64,000 nt of DNA from contig JAJZPQ010000001.1 of assembly GCA_021811085.1 (NCBI GenBank), forward strand, positions 1,946-65,945. The letters run 5' to 3'. Positions 57,937 through 64,000 of the stretch are shown here, in pieces. The notes beneath the pieces are model-generated. The model saw only the letters and a list, made by a program, of their open reading frames with translations. It did not search any database and was not told the DNA's origin. The stretch is from Pseudomonadota bacterium. Lineage in GTDB: Bacteria > Pseudomonadota > Gammaproteobacteria > Burkholderiales > SG8-39. The position numbers and the translations under genes were made by a program. Position 1 is the stretch's first letter; each line of letters begins with the position of its first letter.

Positions 57937-58258
57937 ATTATGACGCGACCGACGTCAAGAATGACGCCGAACAGTTCGCCCCACGCGGGCACGCTGGAAG
58001 CATCGCACTTCGAGCAACCATCGCAACCGCGCGCCGGTGGGCTCGGACGTTAAGCGTCCGCCTTTCGACTCGGCTTAACTCCATTTCGAGTCGGGAGTGA
58101 GCCTTCGACCATAACGGAAGTAGACGTTTGCCCGCGCAATTGTCTCGCTTCGTCATTGACGATTCTTGGCCGCACCCGGCTGATGGAATCGGGGCAAGCG
58201 GCGCCGGATTGCACCCGCGCTGAACGCGTGCACGGGCGCTGGATTATCATACGGCACC

Positions 58259-60979
58259 ATGCCCGGCGCAGACATCGCAGCCCTCTCCAAGGCCCAGTTA
58301 TTTGTGCGTCTCGCCGAGGGGCTCGCCGGCGGCGTCACGGTCCTCACGCCCAACCAGCGGCTGGCGCAGGCGCTCGCGCGCGAGTTCGACGCGGCGCAGG
58401 CCACGCAGGGCCGCAGCGCCTGGGAATCGGCCGACATCCTGCCTTACGCCGCCTTTGTCGGGCGCTGTTATGAAGACGCGCTGTACTTGGAAATCGGGTC
58501 CGGTCTGCCGATCCTGCTCACGCCGGCGCAGCAGCACGCGCTGTGGGAAGACATCATCCGGCGTTCGGACGCGGGCGGCGCGCTGCTCGCGATTCCCGAG
58601 ACCGCGGCGCTCGCGGCCGATGCGTGGAACACCGCGCATGCCTGGAGGCTGCTAGCCAGCCTGCGCTCGGGCGAGTTGAACGAGGATGCAGTCGCGTTTC
58701 GCGACTGGTGCGCGGCCTATTCGCTGCGCTGCGAACGCGAGCGGCATACCGACACGGCCTTGTTGCCCGATCTCATCGCCGCGCAGCTGAGCGGTGCTGC
58801 GCTGAGCAAGCCGAAATGGCTCGTGCTCTACGGCTTCGACATCATGACGCCGCAGCAGCGCGCCTTGTTCGATGCGCTGCGCGCGGCGGGTACGGAAGTC
58901 TTCGTCTCGGCGCAGGAGCGGCGCGAGGCGAGCGTGCTGCGCCTCGCCTGCGTCGATGCGCGCGACGAAATCAATCGCGCCGCGGCCTGGGCGCGCGCGC
59001 GGCTCGAAGCGGATCCGCAGGCGAGCATCGGCATCGTCGTCCCCGACCTCGCGCAACAGCGCCAGGCGCTGGTGCGCGCGTTCCGCAGGGTGATGGCGCC
59101 GGCCTCGATGTTGCCGGGCGCGGGCGCCGGTGCGTTGCCGTTCAACGTTTCACTCGGCGTGGCGCTCACGAGCTATCCGCTGGTGCAGGCGGCCTGCCTG
59201 ATCTTGGAGCTCGCCGGGCGCGAAATCGAATTCGGGCGCGCGAGCCTGCTGCTGCGCTCGCCGTTCATCGCGGCGGGCGAGACCGAGGCGGCAGGGCGCG
59301 CGCGGCTCGATCTCGAGCTGCGCCGCCGCGCCGAACCTTCAATCACGCTCGATCGCTTGCTCGCCACCATCGAAGCCGCGGACGCCGGCGCGCACGCGCC
59401 CGAGCTGGCGCAGCGCCTGCGCAAACTAGCGCAGTTCCGCAAGTCCGACCTGTTCGCCGCGCGCGCGCCCGCGGCCTGGGCCAAGGCGATCACCGAAGCG
59501 CTCAAACTCATGGGCTTTCCCGACAAGGGCCGCAGCCTCGATTCGGCCGAATACCAGACGCTGAAGAAATGGCACGAAGTCGTCGCCGGCTTCGCGCTGC
59601 TCGATCGCGTGCACGCAAAAATGGGCTATGGCGAGGCGCTGCTGCGGCTCAAGCGGCTGGCGGCGCAGACGCTGTTCCAGCCCGAGGCGCCGCAGGCGCC
59701 GGTGCAGATCCTGGGCGTGCTCGAATCCGCGGGCATCGCGTTCGACCATCTGTGGGTCATGGGCCTCACCGACGATGCCTGGCCGATCCATCCGCGGCCC
59801 AATCCCTTCCTGCCGCTGGAAGCGCAGCGGCAGGCGCAGGTGCCCGAGGCCTCGATCGAAGCCACGCTCGCGCTCGACCGGGCGATCACGCGCGGCTGGC
59901 TCGGCGCCGCGCGCGAGGTGGTGCTGTCCTATGCCGCGGCCGACGGCGAGAGGAAGCTGTTGCCGAGCCCGCTGCTGCGCGATCTGGCGCAAGGCGAGCT
60001 GGCGCTGCCCGCGTATGCGCGCCATCGCGACCTGATCCATGCCGCTGCGAAGGTCGAAGTTGTCGAGGACGCCATGGCACCGCCGCTCGCGGCGAGCGCC
60101 GCGCTGACCGGCGGCACGGCAGTGATCACCGATCAATCGACCTGCCCGTTCCGCGCGTTCGCGCTGCACCGCCTCGAAGCGAAGTCGCCCGAAGCGCCGC
60201 ACGCCGGGCTCGATGCGATGGAGCGCGGCATCCTGGTGCATCGCGTGCTCGCGAGCGCCTGGGGCCAGCTCAAGACCAAGACCAATCTGGATGCGATCGG
60301 TGCTGCCGAACTCGAAGCGCTGCTTGCGCGCGCGGCGGAGGAGGCGGTGACGCGGGTGAAGCGCGACCGTCCGGCGACGCTCGCCGGGCGCTTCGCCGAA
60401 GTCGAGAAGGCGCGCCTGGTGCGCCTTGCGCGCGCGTGGCTGGAAATGGAACGCGAGGCGCGCGGCGACGATTTTTCCGTCGCGGCGGTCGAAGACAAGC
60501 GCAACATCGTCATCGGCCCGCTCACGCTGCGCGGCAAGCTCGACCGCGTCGACGAACTCGAAGACGGCCGGCGCCTGGTCATCGACTACAAATCGACTGC
60601 GGCGCCCGCGAGCGCCTGGCTGGGCGAGCGGCCGGACGAGCCGCAGCTGCCGCTGTACCTGGTCACGACCGAGCCCGACGCGGTCGCGATCGCGTTCGCG
60701 CAGGTGAAGGCAGGCGACATGAAGTTCGCCGCACTGGCTGCGGACGAGACGCTGCTGCCGGTCAGAAAATCGCTGCCCGATCTCGGCTGGGACGCGCAGC
60801 GTGCCGAATGGCGCCGGGTGCTGGCCCAGCTCGCGACGCGCTTCGCCGCCGGCGAGGCCGCGGTGCAGCCGAAGAATCCGCCGACGACCTGCCGCAACTG
60901 CGACGTGCAGCCGCTGTGCCGCATCCACGAGCGCCTCGGTGCGGGCGTTGCCGATCAGGAGGGCGAGGATGAAGGCTGA
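58259..60979 (+). CDS. AddB-like PD-(D/E)XK nuclease with an Fe-S Cys cluster (no Walker A)
   Basis: 906 aa. The nuclease core reads GKLDRVDELEDGRRLVIDYKS. Cysteines lie at DQSTCPFRAF and TCRNCDVQPLC (C...CxxCx5C). A UvrD-type helicase gene follows. Confidence 0.8.
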   Translation: MPGADIAALSKAQLFVRLAEGLAGGVTVLTPNQRLAQALAREFDAAQATQGRSAWESADILPYAAFVGRCYEDALYLEIGSGLPILLTPAQQHALWEDIIRRSDAGGALLAIPETAALAADAWNTAHAWRLLASLRSGELNEDAVAFRDWCAAYSLRCERERHTDTALLPDLIAAQLSGAALSKPKWLVLYGFDIMTPQQRALFDALRAAGTEVFVSAQERREASVLRLACVDARDEINRAAAWARARLEADPQASIGIVVPDLAQQRQALVRAFRRVMAPASMLPGAGAGALPFNVSLGVALTSYPLVQAACLILELAGREIEFGRASLLLRSPFIAAGETEAAGRARLDLELRRRAEPSITLDRLLATIEAADAGAHAPELAQRLRKLAQFRKSDLFAARAPAAWAKAITEALKLMGFPDKGRSLDSAEYQTLKKWHEVVAGFALLDRVHAKMGYGEALLRLKRLAAQTLFQPEAPQAPVQILGVLESAGIAFDHLWVMGLTDDAWPIHPRPNPFLPLEAQRQAQVPEASIEATLALDRAITRGWLGAAREVVLSYAAADGERKLLPSPLLRDLAQGELALPAYARHRDLIHAAAKVEVVEDAMAPPLAASAALTGGTAVITDQSTCPFRAFALHRLEAKSPEAPHAGLDAMERGILVHRVLASAWGQLKTKTNLDAIGAAELEALLARAAEEAVTRVKRDRPATLAGRFAEVEKARLVRLARAWLEMEREARGDDFSVAAVEDKRNIVIGPLTLRGKLDRVDELEDGRRLVIDYKSTAAPASAWLGERPDEPQLPLYLVTTEPDAVAIAFAQVKAGDMKFAALAADETLLPVRKSLPDLGWDAQRAEWRRVLAQLATRFAAGEAAVQPKNPPTTCRNCDVQPLCRIHERLGAGVADQEGEDEG

Positions 60980-61056
60980 AATGCATCGCCAGATCTTGTA
61001 CAAAGGCAACTTCAAGCTGGATCCAAATGCCAAATGTGGCGGGTATGGAGCGACGC

Positions 61057-64000
61057 ATGCCTGATACCGTTCCCATCCCCGACCTGCGCGCGCGCGAGCA
61101 GGCGCTCTCGCCGGAGCGCTCGTTCATCGTGCAGGCGCCGGCCGGCTCGGGCAAGACCGAGCTCTTGATCCAGCGCTACCTCAGGCTGCTCGCGAGCGTG
61201 AACGAGCCCGAGGAAGTCATCGCCATTACGTTCACGCGCAAAGCTGCAGCCGAAATGCGCGAGCGCGTGCTGCGCGCCTTGGCCGACGTAGCCGCGGGCA
61301 AAGCCGCTGAGTCCGAGCACGAGCGGCGCACGCAGGAGCTCGCGCGCGCGGCGCTCGATCGCGACCGCGCGCGCGGCTGGCGCATAGCCGACAGTCCGGC
61401 GCGGCTGCGCATCCAGACCATCGATTCGCTGTGCGCGGCGCTGACGCGGCAAATGCCGCTGCTGTCCAAATTCGGCTCGCAGCCCGAGAGCGTCGAGGAC
61501 GCGAGCGCGCTGTATGCCGAGGCGGCGCGCGCGACGGTCGAGCTGATCGAGGCGCAGGATCCGGCTGCGGACTATATCGAGCGGCTGCTGGTGCATTTGG
61601 ACAACAACGTCGCGCGCGTAGAGGAATTGCTGGTCGAAATGCTGCGCCGGCGCGACCACTGGCTGCGCCATGTGGTCAACGAGCGCGCCGAACTCGAAGG
61701 CGCGCTGGTGGCGGAGCGGCGCGCGGTGCTCGCGCGTGTGCACGCGCTGTTGCCCTTGCGTGAGCGCGCCGAGCTTTTCGCCATTGCCAATTATTCCCTG
61801 GGCAATCGCGGCCTGGCGCTGCTCGAGGTATTTCCCGGCAGCGATGACGCCGAAGGCTGGGCCACGCTCGCCGACGTGCTGCTGACGAGTAACGGCGCAT
61901 GGCGCGCCAGGGTGGACAAACGCCATGGTTTTCCCGTGGGCGCGACAGGCAAAGAGTGGAAGGAGCGCCTCGCCACGCTTATCGCGACGCTCGCCGACGA
62001 CCGGCTCGGCGCCGCGCTCGCCGACACGCGCCGGCTTCCACCGCCGGCCTACACCGAGGCGCAATGGCAGGTGCTCGAAGCGATCACCGAATTGCTCAAG
62101 CGCGCGGTGGGACAGCTCAAGCTCGTGTTCCAGTCGCGCGGCCAGGTCGACTTCACCGAAGTGTCGCAGCGCGCGCTGCTCGCGCTCGAGGACTGCGAAG
62201 GTCCGACCGATCTCGCGCTCAGGCTCGATTACCAGATCCGGCATTTGCTCATCGACGAATTCCAGGACACTTCGATCAGCCAGTTCGAGTTGCTCGCGCG
62301 GCTCACCGCCGGCTGGACGCCCGACGACGGGCGCACGCTGTTCGCGGTCGGCGATCCGATGCAGTCGATCTACCGTTTTCGCGAAGCCGAGGTCGGGCTG
62401 TTCCTGCGCGCACGCGCCGAGGGCATCGGCAACGTCGTGCTCACGCCGCTGGAATTGTCGGCCAATTTCCGTTCGCAGGCGGGCATCGTCGAGTGGGTGA
62501 ATGCGGCGTTCGCTGAGGTGATGCCCGAGCGTGAGGACATCGCTTCGGGCGCGGTCGCCTACACCGCATCGCAGGCGGTGCATCCGCCGCTCGAGGGCGC
62601 TGCCGTTGAAGTCCACGCGCTGTTCGCAGGCGCAGAGCGCAGCGAAGCGGAGGAAGTGGCGCAGCTCGTGGCCGGCATCGCCGCCGCAAGCGCCAAGCAT
62701 GGAAAAAGTCAGAGTACTGCGATCCTCGTGCGCGGGCGCAATCATCTGCGCGAAATCGTGCCGCAGCTCAAACAGGCAGGCCTCGCGTTCCGCGCGATCG
62801 AAATCGACCGGCTCGACGACCGGCCCGTGGTGCAGGACCTGCTCGCGCTCACGCGCGCGCTCGCGCATCGCGGCGACCGCCTCGCCTGGCTCGCGCTGCT
62901 GCGCGCGCCCTGGTGCGGCCTCACGCTCGCCGACCTGCATGCGCTCGCCGGCACTGGGGCAATGCCCGGAGACGCGCTCCCAGAGCCGCTCTCCAGCCAA
63001 TCGACCCTGTGGGAACTGCTGCACGACCCGGCGCGCCTGGCCGCGCTCACGCCCGACGGACGGGCGCGCCTCGCGCGCGTGCGCAGCGTGCTCGCGGCCG
63101 CGCTCGCCGCGCGCCAGCGCTCGTCCCTGCGCGATGCGGTCGAAGGCTGCTGGCTCGCGCTCGGCGGCCCGGCCTGCGCCGCATCCGCGACCGAGCTCGA
63201 AGACGCAGAGACCTACCTCGATCATCTGGAATCCGAGGAGGACGCCGGCGCGATCGCCGACTTCGACGCGTTCGAGCAGAGCCTCGACCAGCTCTACGCG
63301 CTGCCCGACCTGGCGGCCGGCGAGGACGCGGTGCAGATCATGACCATCCACAAGGCGAAGGGCCTGGAGTTCGATCACGTGATCGTGCCTGGCCTGGGCA
63401 AGAGGCCGCCGGCCGAAGGCAAGAAACTGTTCCTGTGGATGGAACGCCCGGCGCATCCGGATCCTGCAATCCCGCGCAGACCGGGAGCGGGCGCGAAGCT
63501 GCTGCTGGCGCCGATCGAAGAAACCGGCGCGGATGGCGATCCGATCTACGCCTGGATCAAACAGCTCGCCGCGGAAAAAGCGGCGCACGAAGACGGCCGC
63601 CTGCTCTACGTCGCCGCCACGCGCGCGAAGCAGCGCCTGCATTTGCTCGGCGAGACGCGGCTGGAACTTGGAGACCAGGCGCAAACGGCGCGCGCGCCCG
63701 ACGCGCGCAGTCTGCTGGCCAAACTCTGGCCGGCGGTGTCGGCCGCGTTTCAGCGCGCGGCTGCGGCGGCCGCGCCGCCCTCGACCAGCGCGGACGCGGC
63801 AGGCGACGTCATGCCCGACCAGTCGCTGCGCCGCCTGGCGCCGGCCTGGGTCCTGCCCGCAGCGCCGGCCGGGCTCGCCTGGGCCGCGCCCGGCGAAACC
63901 GCGCGGGCACAGGACGACGTCGAATATTCCTGGGTGGGCGAAACCGCGCGCCACGTCGGCAGCGTGGTGCATCGCTGGCTGCAGCGCATCGCCGAGGACG
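61057..64000 (+). CDS. UvrD/Rep/AddA-type superfamily 1 helicase, 3' end outside the window (not in the ORF track)
   Basis: The frame is open from ATG 61057 (alternative 61045) to the window end. Walker A is IVQAPAGSGKTELL, followed by ITFTRKAAAEM. Motif II is LLIDEFQDTS (about 62250). AVGDPMQSIYRFREA, VQIMTIHKAKGLEFDHVIV (about 63331) and LLYVAATRAKQRL (about 63600) are also present. Confidence 0.9.
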   Translation, partial: MPDTVPIPDLRAREQALSPERSFIVQAPAGSGKTELLIQRYLRLLASVNEPEEVIAITFTRKAAAEMRERVLRALADVAAGKAAESEHERRTQELARAALDRDRARGWRIADSPARLRIQTIDSLCAALTRQMPLLSKFGSQPESVEDASALYAEAARATVELIEAQDPAADYIERLLVHLDNNVARVEELLVEMLRRRDHWLRHVVNERAELEGALVAERRAVLARVHALLPLRERAELFAIANYSLGNRGLALLEVFPGSDDAEGWATLADVLLTSNGAWRARVDKRHGFPVGATGKEWKERLATLIATLADDRLGAALADTRRLPPPAYTEAQWQVLEAITELLKRAVGQLKLVFQSRGQVDFTEVSQRALLALEDCEGPTDLALRLDYQIRHLLIDEFQDTSISQFELLARLTAGWTPDDGRTLFAVGDPMQSIYRFREAEVGLFLRARAEGIGNVVLTPLELSANFRSQAGIVEWVNAAFAEVMPEREDIASGAVAYTASQAVHPPLEGAAVEVHALFAGAERSEAEEVAQLVAGIAAASAKHGKSQSTAILVRGRNHLREIVPQLKQAGLAFRAIEIDRLDDRPVVQDLLALTRALAHRGDRLAWLALLRAPWCGLTLADLHALAGTGAMPGDALPEPLSSQSTLWELLHDPARLAALTPDGRARLARVRSVLAAALAARQRSSLRDAVEGCWLALGGPACAASATELEDAETYLDHLESEEDAGAIADFDAFEQSLDQLYALPDLAAGEDAVQIMTIHKAKGLEFDHVIVPGLGKRPPAEGKKLFLWMERPAHPDPAIPRRPGAGAKLLLAPIEETGADGDPIYAWIKQLAAEKAAHEDGRLLYVAATRAKQRLHLLGETRLELGDQAQTARAPDARSLLAKLWPAVSAAFQRAAAAAAPPSTSADAAGDVMPDQSLRRLAPAWVLPAAPAGLAWAAPGETARAQDDVEYSWVGETARHVGSVVHRWLQRIAED

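Noticed and set aside
61012-63972. 986-aa ORF on the - strand
   Set aside because: It is antisense to a + strand frame that carries all the SF1 helicase motifs in the correct order. It is rich in Arg, Ala and Gly with no recognisable motif, which is the typical shadow ORF of a GC-rich gene.

Overview
GC-rich (roughly two-thirds G+C by eye) chromosomal segment whose gene content and order look betaproteobacterial. I support about 60 protein-coding genes. I found no rRNA, tRNA, CRISPR array, transposase or integrase. Most of the window is housekeeping: nrdAB with NrdR boxes, maeB, rsgA/orn, pgi, rpmE, rho, trxA, fdxA and cydAB. Many gene boundaries are tightly coupled by ATGA-type start/stop overlaps. 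The regions most worth a second look are listed here. (1) A complete, translationally coupled larC-larE-larB-larA nickel-pincer cofactor operon (39174-43157). Its LarA homologue keeps all the catalytic, tether and carboxylate-binding residues I could check, but its substrate is unassigned. The operon is bracketed by two family III CoA-transferases, a NarL-type regulator with a hybrid kinase, and a histidine-kinase gene remnant. (2) Two copies of a ~185-bp multi-hairpin intergenic element (28887-29070 and 50267-50455). Their stems differ by compensatory substitutions, and the remaining long-stem mismatches are G-U compatible only on the + strand. (3) A protein made entirely of five exact 36-residue repeats, lying 5 nt upstream of a CyaB1-like GAF-GAF-PAS adenylate cyclase, which is followed by a small haem-motif lipoprotein. 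(4) A split CHASE3/PAS kinase, receiver, Hpt and OmpR phosphorelay with two convergent paralogous receivers. (5) A lower-GC islet of three toxin-antitoxin pairs (55480-58258); one ParE toxin has lost its canonical start (CTGA where ATGA is expected). (6) A UvrD/AddA-type helicase gene (61057 to the window end) that the ORF track omits because it has no stop inside the window. All calls rest on reading the sequence and recognising motifs; no database search was run. Pfam-style family names are from memory and need HMM confirmation.
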